From an uncultured bacterium (GTDB lineage: Bacteria > Fidelibacterota > UBA2242): a DNA stretch of 43,902 bases. Positions within the stretch are counted from its first letter, which is position 1. Every line of letters starts with the position of its first letter. Location of the stretch: assembly GCA_964485745.1 (NCBI GenBank), contig CAZAKO010000005.1, forward strand, positions 1-43,902, written 5' to 3'. The notes below the pieces were generated by a model that was not told the DNA's origin, did not search any database, and was given only the letters and a program-made list of their open reading frames with translations. Both the position numbers and the translations under genes were made by a program. Below are positions 19,882 to 28,819 of the stretch, piece by piece.

Positions 19882-20831
19882 TCCACACTCTCAGGTATCT
19901 TTCGATACATCAATCCCATCAAATCAATAAACTGGCACATGGCACCGATGCCATCTCCGTCGGCTTGGTACAAGTCCTTTGGTTTAAATTTTTCAAATGG
20001 ATCAATTATTTTCATATTATCAATATCGTGGGTAAGCAACATATTGAAAAATTCGGAATCAACGTTATGTGAATAATAATATAGTCGGTCAATACCGCTT
20101 AAGGAATCGGAGGCAAACGTACGGATATTGTTGATTGCAGCCACAATCTTCTCGCCAACCTCATCGGGCGAAGACGCCGAGATGATTGAATAATTTTCCG
20201 CATCCCTAAATTCGAAATGAACCAACTGGCAATATTCACCGTTATCAATTACAATCAGCGAGTGTCTCGGCTCGTCTACCAGCCAAACCGCCCACTTTTC
20301 TTTTTTACCAACCGCTTCAAGTCTTTCTAGGGCATAGGCGGCACTGAACAAATTAATATCCATGATTTGGACCTCAAAACCGGCTGCCTGGCTGGCATTC
20401 AGCAATAATTTACCTAATTGCTTAAAATAGGATACCGTAAGATATTCTTGATTAACAGAACTCTTCTTATTTAATAGATAATACTGAATGAATTTCTCAT
20501 TGGCAGTCTCACCCAGTCGTTTTGTGGCACCCCAATCGAGAGCAGTGTTAATATCGCCGCGATCCAAACCGGTTTCAAGAGCTTGATGATTCAAATCAAA
20601 CCATTCGGCAGGCAAGGTCAATGCCGCATAGCGATCAGGTAGCGGTAAATCTGCTCTGATCTGCTGAAAAATATTTTTGAGATCGGCTGCCAACTGTGGA
20701 TTGGTGAGATTTTCAGGAATAAAAGGTGACGTCAGTACCTTTTTCTGAACGGTTTCGATCGAATATTCATCAGCTATTTTAGCTAACTGGCTAAAGCGCA
20801 CATAATCGGCAGATAGACTGATACATATCAT
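19878..20831 (-). CDS. PilM-like (actin/FtsA fold) protein with degenerate nucleotide-binding motifs
   Basis: AALTLP, AL.W.A, AAGFEVQIMDINLFSAAYAL, SLIVIDNG, IIDPF pattern typical of PilM; GIDIG and SGGG motifs are missing. Confidence 0.6.
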   Translation of the reverse strand: MICISLSADYVRFSQLAKIADEYSIETVQKKVLTSPFIPENLTNPQLAADLKNIFQQIRADLPLPDRYAALTLPAEWFDLNHQALETGLDRGDINTALDWGATKRLGETANEKFIQYYLLNKKSSVNQEYLTVSYFKQLGKLLLNASQAAGFEVQIMDINLFSAAYALERLEAVGKKEKWAVWLVDEPRHSLIVIDNGEYCQLVHFEFRDAENYSIISASSPDEVGEKIVAAINNIRTFASDSLSGIDRLYYYSHNVDSEFFNMLLTHDIDNMKIIDPFEKFKPKDLYQADGDGIGAMCQFIDLMGLMYRKIPESVE

Positions 20832-20848
20832 GGTGGATCCGGATTAAT

Positions 20849-21628
20849 TTACCTTTCCCAACTTATCTGATCATTCTCGATCCATCCAAAACAGGTATCC
20901 TTAAAAGTAAAGAAAAAATATCGATTTTCTTTGTATTCACCTTGGAGCGGATCCTTGATTTTGTAACCTTGGGAATCAGTTATGATAATAAATTGCTCGT
21001 TAGTCAACGGATTGTAAGCAAACTTTTCAGTTAAATAATAAGGTAAATAATAGGTATTTTCCATGACTCTTTCTGAGGTTTCGACTTCCAGCGGTCCCCG
21101 ATAGGATGAATCCGATTCGAGTTCCCTCCAGCGTTCCGCTAAGATGTAAACTGTATCCCAGGAAAAGAGTTCATTATTCCACTTGGTAACTTTGTAGGTT
21201 GTATCAATCGCTGTATCTTTCTTGATGTAAGAAAAGGCAAAAGTTGTATCAAAGTTGGAGTAGAAGTTTTTCGGGACATTCATCTTGAATTTTTTACTAT
21301 TCAACCTGATTATCTGTTCGCCAAAGAAATTCGAATCCGCCCGTGTGCTGTCCCTAACCGCACTGATCACTTTCATGGCCGTAAGCGGATCAGATTCATA
21401 TTTTCCTGTCATTTGATGATAGTACTTTTGAACAGAGTTAAGAATTAACATTCGCCGCCGACCTTCGTTCCGGATCTGGTCTTCTTCCCGCCAAATTATC
21501 GTCGGGACATAAATGACAATGATTAAAACCAAAGCCAGAAAAAGAGCGACAAAATTCAGAGTCTTAATCAAGGCTGGTTTGTATTCGGTAATCTCCTCAA
21601 CCTTTTCGATATCTTTCTCACTACTCAA
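20849..21628 (-). CDS. Single-TM exported protein with a pilin-like N-terminal helix
   Basis: Hydrophobic helix ending VP, then EGRRRMLILNSVQKYYHQMTGKY (pilin alpha1-C-like); no G|FxxxE cleavage site. Confidence 0.5.
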   Translation of the reverse strand: MSSEKDIEKVEEITEYKPALIKTLNFVALFLALVLIIVIYVPTIIWREEDQIRNEGRRRMLILNSVQKYYHQMTGKYESDPLTAMKVISAVRDSTRADSNFFGEQIIRLNSKKFKMNVPKNFYSNFDTTFAFSYIKKDTAIDTTYKVTKWNNELFSWDTVYILAERWRELESDSSYRGPLEVETSERVMENTYYLPYYLTEKFAYNPLTNEQFIIITDSQGYKIKDPLQGEYKENRYFFFTFKDTCFGWIENDQISWER

Positions 21629-22034
21629 CCGTCACTTCTCCCTTGATAATTTCCAGCGTTTTTTTCCCTATCCCCTTAACGTTCAGTAATTCATCAACAC
21701 TTGTAAAATGCCCGTGTTCATTGCGATAATCTATGATTCTCTGAGCACTCACCTTCCCGATTTTAGGTAACTTTAATAAATCCTCAAGTGCTGCTGAATT
21801 CAAATTGATTCTAACTTTCTTATCTTGACGAGCCGCTGGCTCTTTGGTCCAGTAAACTGAATCAACCTGAACTGCTTCATTCCTGAATTCAGTGGCTTCC
21901 TTACTAATTTCAGGAAATTCAACTGCGTCCTTGGCGGTTACCCAGTCACGGTAGAAGCGAATTCCCAAACCGATGACAAAGAACAACACTAAAAATTGAA
22001 TTACAACCCTTTCTTGGCGCGTTAAATTTAGCAT
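21621..22034 (-). CDS. comEA: ComEA-family helix-hairpin-helix DNA-binding protein
   Basis: N-terminal TM; INLNSA..EDL.KLPKIG...AQRIIDYR..HGHF.SVDEL.NVKGIG.KT. Confidence 0.9.
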   Translation of the reverse strand: MLNLTRQERVVIQFLVLFFVIGLGIRFYRDWVTAKDAVEFPEISKEATEFRNEAVQVDSVYWTKEPAARQDKKVRINLNSAALEDLLKLPKIGKVSAQRIIDYRNEHGHFTSVDELLNVKGIGKKTLEIIKGEVTVE

Positions 22035-22088
22035 TTCCGGATATAAAACAAAATCAATTTCAAGGTCCTGTCAGATTTACTCATGGAG

Positions 22089-23225
22089 CTATTCAATTTT
22101 ACTGAAGCGGACATTGCGATAACGGTGCTTTTGTTCCAGATCAAGGATTTCCTGATAGAGTTTTTTCTCATGACTGCTGGGATTTGCTGGGATATCAACC
22201 TGAATTCGCACAATTTGATCGCCGCGTCCGGAATGATGCAAATGCGGAATACCTTTATTTTTCAATCTTAACATCTTGCCCGGTTGAGTTCCCGATGGAA
22301 CCACTAATCGCACCTTGCCATTCAAGGTGGGAATTTCTAACTCGGTCCCCAAGACTGCCTCAGCTGAAGAGACATGCAAATTGACCACGACGTCATCATT
22401 ATGGCGCACGAAAAACTCGTGCGGTTTCTCCTCCAAAATAACGATTAAATCGCCCCGTGGTCCTTGACGAATGCCGATGTTCCCCTCTCCCCGCAAAGTC
22501 AAATAATTCCCGGTACTGACTCCGGCAGGAACCTGGATTGGGATTTCCTTTTCACCGCGAACGCGACCCTCTCCCCCACAATTCGCACATCGCTGCTCGG
22601 CAACCGTGCCCTCTCCCTGACAGTTTTGACAGGGTCGCACATTAATCATCTGACCAAACAGCGAACGGGAAACCTCCCGGACTTCTCCGCTACCCTGGCA
22701 AACAGGGCAGGTTATCCGGGAAGTGCCCGGTTTAGTGCCACTCCCAGCACAGGTAGGGCAGACATCCATGCGCTTAATCTTAATCTTTTTGGTTATCCCG
22801 GTATTAATTTCCTCCAGTGTTAAAGTCAGTCTAATTTTGAGATCGCTGCCGGATTGGGAGGTACTTCGTGAGCGACGACCCGCTCCCATGCCAAAGAAAT
22901 CGTCAAATCCACCAAATCCGCCAAAGCCCTCCATAAAGGTTCGTAAGGCATCGGACAGATCAAAGCCGAAACCACTGAATCCACTACCGCCAAATCCACC
23001 GCCTTTTAAGCCCTCATGACCATATTGATCGTAGACTTGTTTCTTTTGGGGGTCAGTCAGCACCGAATAGGCTTCGGCAGCCTCTTTGAATTTCTCCTCC
23101 GCATCCTTATTTCCCGGATTACGATCGGGATGATATTTCATCGCGATCTTCCGATAAGCCTTTTTAATCTCCTCAGCCGAAGAATTACGATCAACACCCA
23201 GAATATCGTAGTAATCACGAGCCAT
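22089..23225 (-). CDS. dnaJ: Chaperone DnaJ
   Basis: J domain with HPD, G/F region, four CxxCxGxG repeats. Confidence 0.98.
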   Translation of the reverse strand: MARDYYDILGVDRNSSAEEIKKAYRKIAMKYHPDRNPGNKDAEEKFKEAAEAYSVLTDPQKKQVYDQYGHEGLKGGGFGGSGFSGFGFDLSDALRTFMEGFGGFGGFDDFFGMGAGRRSRSTSQSGSDLKIRLTLTLEEINTGITKKIKIKRMDVCPTCAGSGTKPGTSRITCPVCQGSGEVREVSRSLFGQMINVRPCQNCQGEGTVAEQRCANCGGEGRVRGEKEIPIQVPAGVSTGNYLTLRGEGNIGIRQGPRGDLIVILEEKPHEFFVRHNDDVVVNLHVSSAEAVLGTELEIPTLNGKVRLVVPSGTQPGKMLRLKNKGIPHLHHSGRGDQIVRIQVDIPANPSSHEKKLYQEILDLEQKHRYRNVRFSKIE

Positions 23226-23227
23226 GA

Positions 23228-23797
23228 TTATTTACTCACTATCACTTTCGAATGCCGCAGGACATGATCCTTGAAAACATACCCTTTTTCAAATTCTTCA
23301 ACAACGATATTAGGCTCCACACCTTCGACCTCCTTGACCATTATGGCATGATGATAGTGTGGATCGAACGGGGCATTGAGCGATTCAATCGCGGTGACCT
23401 GCAGTTCTTTCAGGGTCTTGACAAATTTTTTATAAATTAATTCTAGCCCTTGAGCCAGGGGATTTTCCTCATTTGCGGATTTATGATTGACCAGTGCTCG
23501 CTCAAGATCATCTAAAATAGGTAGAAAATTACGCAGGATATTTTCGCCGGCATATTCGATTATCACACTAATTTCCTTTTGGGTTCGTTTGCGATAATTA
23601 TCGTAATCGGCAGCCAGCCGCAAATATTTTTCATTCCAATCTAAAAGTTGTTTTTCAGCTTGTTCAATTTTCTCATGCAGCTGCTTGATCTCTTTGGAAT
23701 GATCAACCTTGCGGTGAGTTTTCGGGCTTGCCGGCTTTGGCTCCACTTCATTTTTTTGATCTATATCCAATTCAGTCTTTGCTCCTGTTAGTTTCAA
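23228..23797 (-). CDS. grpE: Nucleotide exchange factor GrpE
   Basis: [35 protein letters not shown]...VLRHSKV. Confidence 0.96.
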   Translation of the reverse strand: MKLTGAKTELDIDQKNEVEPKPASPKTHRKVDHSKEIKQLHEKIEQAEKQLLDWNEKYLRLAADYDNYRKRTQKEISVIIEYAGENILRNFLPILDDLERALVNHKSANEENPLAQGLELIYKKFVKTLKELQVTAIESLNAPFDPHYHHAIMVKEVEGVEPNIVVEEFEKGYVFKDHVLRHSKVIVSK

Positions 23798-24827
23798 AAA
23801 TCTGGGTCACTGCCTCGGCTATGTTGTTTAGAACTGAAATGGATTTTTGATAATCCATCCGTTTCGGACCAACAACCGCCAAGGTTCCATTATTTTTACC
23901 AATCCAATAGCCTTTGGTGATGACACTGAACTCCTGCAATTCCTCTTCCGGATTTTCCGAACCAATCGAAATTGTCACCCCGCAGTCCGCGTGATGATGT
24001 TCGACGATCTTTGCAATTATAGTACCATCTTCCAGCTGCGATACAAATTGACTCAAGCGGCTCAGGTCGGAGAAATCCGGCTTTTGCATTAGAAAAGAGG
24101 TGCCCGACAATTTGACATTGATCGGATGGGTAAGATCAAAAATGACCGGGGCTTTATGGATCAGAACATTGATAATGGCATACTCATTTAAATCCTGAAA
24201 ACGGACGGCGATCGAGTCAATGATCTCCTTTAAAGCGATTCCACATAGGCGTTCGTTCAATAAAGACTGAATCAAAGGTAAACGACTCTCCCTGATCTCC
24301 GTTTCAACTTCTAACATAACCGTTTTGACGACCTTAGAGCTGGTCTCCAGGATTATCAGGATGCGGTTCGATCCAATTTGCACCAGCTCAATCTTCTGCA
24401 GGATTTCCTGACCAAACGAAGGCACAATAAAAATTCCGATCTGCTCAGTCAATTTGCTGAGCAGCAGAGCCGTTTTATCCATAATCTGATTTAGATCAAA
24501 AGTGACCGCCTTGAGCTCCTTGCGGAAAAGATTCAGCCAGCGCTGCTGAATAATTGCACTACCGATCAGGTTGTCCACATAATAGCGATAGCCGCTATCC
24601 GCGGGTATCCGACCAGCCGAGGTATGCGGTTGAACTAAATAACCCATTTCTTCCAGGCGGTGGAGTGTATTCCGGATTGTTGCACTGCTAACCTGCGGTA
24701 TGTTGTACTGTTGAATATACCGCGAGCTAACCGGTTTAGCCGCCCGAACATAGTCCAAGATCACGGCTCTGAGAACCTTCTGTTCCCGCTGAGTAAGTGT
24801 CGAACCTGCCTGATAAATTTTTTTCAT
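23772..24827 (-). CDS. hrcA: Heat-inducible transcription repressor HrcA
   Basis: LTQRE..VL.AVI.DYV...PVSS, SSATIRN, LEEMGYL.QPHTSAGRIP, GPKRMDY. Likely start ATG 24827. Confidence 0.95.
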   Translation of the reverse strand: MKKIYQAGSTLTQREQKVLRAVILDYVRAAKPVSSRYIQQYNIPQVSSATIRNTLHRLEEMGYLVQPHTSAGRIPADSGYRYYVDNLIGSAIIQQRWLNLFRKELKAVTFDLNQIMDKTALLLSKLTEQIGIFIVPSFGQEILQKIELVQIGSNRILIILETSSKVVKTVMLEVETEIRESRLPLIQSLLNERLCGIALKEIIDSIAVRFQDLNEYAIINVLIHKAPVIFDLTHPINVKLSGTSFLMQKPDFSDLSRLSQFVSQLEDGTIIAKIVEHHHADCGVTISIGSENPEEELQEFSVITKGYWIGKNNGTLAVVGPKRMDYQKSISVLNNIAEAVTQIFETNRSKD

Positions 24828-24835
24828 CCTGGCAA

Positions 24836-24864
24836 AATTTAATTTTTGCCCTCTGCTTATCCAA
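24836..24864 (-). promoter_or_regulatory. Candidate hrcA promoter giving a (near-)leaderless transcript
   Basis: TTGGAT-N17-TAAATT, 8 nt before the ATG, no properly spaced RBS. Confidence 0.55.
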
Positions 24865-24900
24865 GCAAAAAGGTCGGGTAAAGAAAGCTGCAAAATTCAG

Positions 24901-25767
24901 CTAAGCTAAAAACTTCATAATTGCCCGCCAGCTGCCTACCAGTCCTAATGCCGTACCAAAAATTAACAGGGCAAGATAAAATCGGATACTAACAAAGACT
25001 TGATATTCAAAGAAAGATTGCAGATGCGTATTGAGGAGATAGAAGCAGCCGAAAATAAAACCGCCAGCGAGAATGGCGCCAAGCAAGCCCTCCAGCGTGC
25101 CCTCGATAATGAAAGGAGTTTTAACAAAACGATCGGTCGCGCCAATCAATTTCATCGAAGAAATAATATCACAACGGGCAAAGATCGTCATTTTAATCGA
25201 ATTAGAAGTCAGGATAATCGAAACCAGTGTCAAGGCGGCAAATACCCCCAAGATCGAAAAAAGCAGAATCCGCTGATACTTTTCCAGAATTATCAGAAAA
25301 TTCTTACGGTACTTTACCTCATCTACAATCGGATCGGCTTGCAGAAAATTGGCGATGGCTTCGACACTGATCAGGTTGCGGTAGATGGGCTTTAAACTAA
25401 TCGTAAAAGAGGGTGGCAAGGGATTATAATCGAGAATATCGAAAATGTCCTCACCGAACTCCTTTTTAAATTTTTCGGCGGCATCCTCGGGTGAAATGTA
25501 CAGCAAATGTTCGACCTCATCCATCTGGGATAGCTTCTGATTAAAAAGGGCAATCTCATCCGTTCCGGCAGTCGGCTTGATGAAAATATCCACATCAAAC
25601 TGAGAGCGGATATTATCAACTAAAAATAACGTGTCCCGGGCAGCCACATAACCAAATCCAACCAGGATGATCGCAATCGCAATGATGATGATCGAGAAAG
25701 CCCCCGCATATTTAGAACGGATTAATCCTCTGAAACCCTCTTTGAGTAGAAACCACAGGATAGTCAT
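24901..25767 (-). CDS. ftsX: Cell division permease FtsX
   Basis: Four TM; NPLPPS, NSIKMTIFAR..I..MKLIGAT..FV..PFIIEG; follows ftsE. Confidence 0.93.
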   Translation of the reverse strand: MTILWFLLKEGFRGLIRSKYAGAFSIIIIAIAIILVGFGYVAARDTLFLVDNIRSQFDVDIFIKPTAGTDEIALFNQKLSQMDEVEHLLYISPEDAAEKFKKEFGEDIFDILDYNPLPPSFTISLKPIYRNLISVEAIANFLQADPIVDEVKYRKNFLIILEKYQRILLFSILGVFAALTLVSIILTSNSIKMTIFARCDIISSMKLIGATDRFVKTPFIIEGTLEGLLGAILAGGFIFGCFYLLNTHLQSFFEYQVFVSIRFYLALLIFGTALGLVGSWRAIMKFLA

Positions 25768-26423
25768 GTGATACTCGTGATTTGACCCTCGCTCACCTGG
25801 ATCAGACGCGCTCCAGGGACACGCGGGATCAAACTGTAGTTATGGGTAGCAACGATAACCGCGGTTCCCCCTTGATTAATTTTACTTAATAAATTTATCA
25901 GTTCGACACTGACCCGGGGGTCCAGATTGCCGGTCGGTTCATCAGCCAGGAGCACAATCGGTTCCTTCACCAGTGCCCGGGCAATCGCCACGCGCTGCTG
26001 CTCGCCTCCGGACAATTCGCTAGGTCGGTGGTGCACCCGGTGACCCAATCCAACCTGATTCAGAATGTCATAAACCCGACTTTTAATCTCCCGCATTTTG
26101 TAATGGGAAACATATAGCGCCAGGGCGACATTTTGATAGACATTGCGATCCTTCAAGAGCTGAAAATCCTGAAAAATCATGCCCACCTTCCGCCGTAGAT
26201 AAGGAATTTCCCGATCCTTAATCCGGCTGCTGTCATAATCGCGGATCAATACCTTGCCCTTTTCCGGAAACAGATCCATGTAAATCAGTCTCAGCAGGGT
26301 TGATTTGCCGGCTCCGGATGGCCCGGTTACAAATACAAATTCGCCATCATCAATCGAGAAATTCAGATTTTTAACTCCGGCATCTGCTCCAAAGGTACAA
26401 TAGGCGTTGATAAATGATATCAT
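25764..26423 (-). CDS. ftsE: Cell division ATP-binding protein FtsE
   Basis: [42 protein letters not shown]. Confidence 0.95.
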   Translation of the reverse strand: MISFINAYCTFGADAGVKNLNFSIDDGEFVFVTGPSGAGKSTLLRLIYMDLFPEKGKVLIRDYDSSRIKDREIPYLRRKVGMIFQDFQLLKDRNVYQNVALALYVSHYKMREIKSRVYDILNQVGLGHRVHHRPSELSGGEQQRVAIARALVKEPIVLLADEPTGNLDPRVSVELINLLSKINQGGTAVIVATHNYSLIPRVPGARLIQVSEGQITSIT

Positions 26424-26442
26424 AATTCGTTTCCCGCCTCCG

Positions 26443-26471
26443 AATTTAATGCGAGGAACCTATCCATACAA
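26443..26471 (-). promoter_or_regulatory. Candidate ftsEX promoter
   Basis: Minus strand reads TTGTAT-N17-TAAATT. Confidence 0.55.
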
Positions 26472-26501
26472 GAATTTGCTTACCCTTTTCCGAATACTTC
26501 C

Positions 26502-26530
26502 TTGATTATCGCGACCTACTTCCCTAATTT
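26502..26530 (+). promoter_or_regulatory. Candidate promoter for the M64 peptidase
   Basis: TTGATT-N17-TAATTT followed by an AGGAG RBS. Confidence 0.55.
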
Positions 26531-26554
26531 TGAACCAATTTATCAGGAGTTATC

Positions 26555-27922
26555 ATGTTACGCTATCTAATGCTCTGGTTATTGATTCCCTGGCTTCTGC
26601 TTGGCAAAACCGGGCCGGAATTCAACCAATATTTTGTTGACAAGACCATGCGGGTGGACTTTTACTTTACCGGTACCCATGACAGCTGCACGATAATGTT
26701 AGATCGGGTTATCGAAGAACCAATCTGGGCTGGTAGTATTACCAACCTGATAGATACACTCAATCTTGGCGCCCACCTGGTAAAAATCCTTGATGCACAG
26801 ACCAAAACTCTGCTTTATTCACGGGGATTCTGCAGTCTTTTCCAGGAATGGCAGACGACTGCGGAAGCACTCAGCGGGATGAATCGGGCGATACCGGGAT
26901 CGGTCCTATTTCCCTACCCATTAAATCCAGTCATTATGGAACTCTACTCCCGCGATAAAACGAATACTTTTAGCAAACAATTCGAAACGACGATTGAGCC
27001 CGCCTCACAGTTAATCAGACGGGATAAACCGCGTGGTGATTTTAAAGTCAAATCCTACCTCCAAAATGGTTCACCGCACAATAAGGTAGACCTTCTAATC
27101 TTACCGGAGGGCTATACCAGGCGCGAAATGCGCCAATTCCGCAAAGATGTCAACCATTTTATGCAAGTCCTTTTTAATGCCCCACCTTTCTCCGAACTCC
27201 AAACGCAATTTAACGTCTGGTATCTGGAAGTTCCCTCAGAAGAGTCCGGAATTGACGATCCGCAGAAAGGTGTTTTTGTCAAATCTGCTTTTGAATTTTC
27301 GTATAATTCATTTGAGACCGACCGCTACATTTTAGGGTTTGAAAATCAACAAATTCGGGACATTGCCGCCAATGCACCCTACGACCAGCTCTACTTTTTA
27401 ATCAATAGTCAAAAATACGGCGGCGGTGGAATTTTTAACCTCTACTCAACCTGCTACAACCACTCAGAAAATAAGGAGAGCTCCTGGTGGCCCGATTATG
27501 TCTTCGTCCATGAATTCGGTCACGCCTGCGGCGGGTTGGCGGACGAATATTATAACTCCGAAGTCGCTTATAGTGAATTTTACCCACTGGGCATTGAACC
27601 CTGGGAACCGAATATCACCGTCTGCACCGATAAAAATCGGTTGAAATGGCGTGAACTGGTGGACGACAGCACCCCGATTCCTACCCCCTGGGAAAAGGCG
27701 CTATACGATAAAATTCCATACAAAGACACTAAGTCGCGGGAGGACTTACTGCAAACTCAAGAGTATTGGAGAAAAGTTGGCACTTTCGAAGGAGCCGGCT
27801 ACGCCTCGGAGAAACTGTACCGACCTTTTCTCGATTGCCGTATGTTTTCCAAAAGTCTGACCGGTTTTTGCCCAGTCTGCAGTGCGGCAATTGTCAGAGT
27901 AATTAAATTCTGCTCGGAATAG
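26555..27922 (+). CDS. Secreted peptidase M64 (IgA peptidase family) with N-terminal M64 domain
   Basis: Signal peptide, F.DKTMRVD, EGYT, YGGGGIFN, VHEFGH..GGLADEY, EGAGY, FCPVC. Confidence 0.92.
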   Translation: MLRYLMLWLLIPWLLLGKTGPEFNQYFVDKTMRVDFYFTGTHDSCTIMLDRVIEEPIWAGSITNLIDTLNLGAHLVKILDAQTKTLLYSRGFCSLFQEWQTTAEALSGMNRAIPGSVLFPYPLNPVIMELYSRDKTNTFSKQFETTIEPASQLIRRDKPRGDFKVKSYLQNGSPHNKVDLLILPEGYTRREMRQFRKDVNHFMQVLFNAPPFSELQTQFNVWYLEVPSEESGIDDPQKGVFVKSAFEFSYNSFETDRYILGFENQQIRDIAANAPYDQLYFLINSQKYGGGGIFNLYSTCYNHSENKESSWWPDYVFVHEFGHACGGLADEYYNSEVAYSEFYPLGIEPWEPNITVCTDKNRLKWRELVDDSTPIPTPWEKALYDKIPYKDTKSREDLLQTQEYWRKVGTFEGAGYASEKLYRPFLDCRMFSKSLTGFCPVCSAAIVRVIKFCSE

Positions 27923-27971
27923 ATATTATCTGATATATTTTAGATTTCTAAATTCGTCAATCAATCACAGT

Positions 27972-28514
27972 CTAAATCATTTTGCTAAATTGCTCTGAGT
28001 AATTTTGATTCAATGATTGATCGAATTCTTTTAACCAATAATTGATATATTTGATATCATAATCAGGATTTCTTAGTAACATGGAGGTAACATCTTCGAG
28101 GTCTCTGGCTCTGCCGGCAATAACTTTATGAATAACTAAATCTTCAAGGGAGGCAAATTTGGCTAATGTCTTACCCAATTTTACATTTTTTGCCCTTCGG
28201 ATGGCTTGCTTTTCATATAAAGAAAAAGAGAAAATAAAATCAACCCGGATGCCGGTTTTATCATCTATTACCGGAAAAACCATAGTCTTTTGGACAAACT
28301 CTTTAGGGTTACCAACCAGAATTCTCAAACCCAAATCTTGAGCGACTTCCTTTACCTGTCCAAAACCATCAATTCCCAGACCCAGGGTAATGTCAATATC
28401 CTTCGTCAATCTCGGTTCCCCGTAGAGCAGTACTGCCTGCCCCCCGATTACCATGTAAGGAATTCGATGCTTATTTAGTTCTGTTGCGATTTTTACCAGA
28501 AGTTCCTGGAACAT
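27972..28514 (-). CDS. Nucleotidyltransferase (DUF6036/AbiEii-like, Pol-beta superfamily)
   Basis: YMVIGGQAVLLYGEPRLTKDIDI, VDFI, EDLVIHK.IAGR.RDLED. Confidence 0.85.
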   Translation of the reverse strand: MFQELLVKIATELNKHRIPYMVIGGQAVLLYGEPRLTKDIDITLGLGIDGFGQVKEVAQDLGLRILVGNPKEFVQKTMVFPVIDDKTGIRVDFIFSFSLYEKQAIRRAKNVKLGKTLAKFASLEDLVIHKVIAGRARDLEDVTSMLLRNPDYDIKYINYWLKEFDQSLNQNYSEQFSKMI

Positions 28515-28704
28515 GATTCACTACCTCAGCAATTTTTATGTCAATCTCTAATCCATCGAGTGAATTTTTCATTGGAAAAATCCCTAATTCGACCGCCTCG
28601 CGATACATCGCATCAACTAATCGAAAATTCTGCATCAAGTCGGTCGTTTGATTTTTGATTAACTCTCTTTCCAGCGCCTGAATTTGATCATAATTCTTGA
28701 TCAT
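28471..28704 (-). CDS. Small helical protein, putative partner/antitoxin of the nucleotidyltransferase
   Basis: 77 aa, AGGTGA RBS, overlaps the NTase start. Confidence 0.7.
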   Translation of the reverse strand: MIKNYDQIQALERELIKNQTTDLMQNFRLVDAMYREAVELGIFPMKNSLDGLEIDIKIAEVVNHVPGTSGKNRNRTK

Positions 28705-28819
28705 TGTTTCATCACCTAAAGCTTCGTTCTGGTATCTTTTTTGATTAATGACATTTTCAATTTTTTGTCATTCTTCTTTTAGGCTAAATGTCCGACAATT
28801 TTCATAACAATGCAAGCTC

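Noticed and set aside
20849-21628. Canonical type IV major pilin
   Set aside because: No G|FxxxE prepilin peptidase site and an acidic N-terminus; kept only as pilin-like
24828-24893. Extended ORF-track start for hrcA (likewise 12052 and 8184 for the ligase and peptidase)
   Set aside because: The extensions run through promoter/RBS sequence or the upstream gene; downstream ATGs fit better
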